Positions 63,775 to 64,000 of a DNA stretch of 64,000 nucleotides are shown one piece after another. A program made the translations under genes and the position numbers. Origin of the DNA: Bugula neritina (Eukaryota > Animalia > Bryozoa); NCBI GenBank assembly GCA_964035545.1, contig OZ037768.1:23717319-23781318 (forward strand). The letters run 5' to 3'. Below the pieces are notes generated by a model. That model did not search any database and was not told the origin of the DNA. It saw only the letters and a list, made by a program, of their open reading frames with translations. Position 1 is the stretch's first letter, and each line of letters starts with the position of its first letter.

Positions 63775-63968
63775 ATATATACTATGTTTCCATATGTACT
63801 ATGTTTCCATGTATACTATGTGTCCATGTGTACTATGTTTCCATGTGTACTATGTTTCCATGTGTACTATGTTTCCATGTGTACTATGTTTACATGTGTA
63901 CTATGTTTCCATGTATACTATGTTTCCATGTGTACTATGTGTCCATGTGTACTATGTTTCCATGTATA
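63775..63968. repeat. 17-bp minisatellite (TACTATGTTTCCATGTG), about 11 copies
   Basis: Direct repetition. Confidence 0.95.
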
Positions 63969-64000
63969 CCTATGATATTTTCATTTTGCCAAATTTTTGT

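Overview
AT-rich, intron-containing eukaryotic (invertebrate animal) genomic DNA; a lophotrochozoan such as a bryozoan is my low-confidence guess. It is gene-dense. From left to right: a DDE DNA transposon (Mutator-like/Kolobok-type transposase, interrupted by one nonsense codon) whose putative terminus lands in the last exon of a two-domain cyclic-nucleotide-binding (CNBD2-like) gene; the 3' exons of an H4K20 methyltransferase (KMT5A/PR-Set7) whose 5' exons are not visible; a tubulin polyglutamylase (TTLL6/13); pygopus; a 3' LINE fragment; POMGNT2, apparently without its FnIII domain; a spliced orphan gene; a divergent UNC93-like membrane protein; a divergent casein kinase 1; RNF10; and a SEC14L2-4-like CRAL-TRIO/GOLD gene running off the right edge. 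Introns are full of short minisatellites, and there are two tRNA-derived SINE-like heads. Most notable: (1) RFX X-box motifs at the TTLL6 and UNC93-like promoters, plus X-boxes amplified as tandem repeats inside introns, one array sitting where the CK1 paralogue's promoter should be; (2) a possible transposon-in-gene-in-intron nesting at the left end; (3) minisatellites built from splice donors; (4) Pygopus lacking its NPF motif. Exon structures were inferred by eye from GT/GC-AG sites and reading-frame continuity; boundaries may be off by a few bases.
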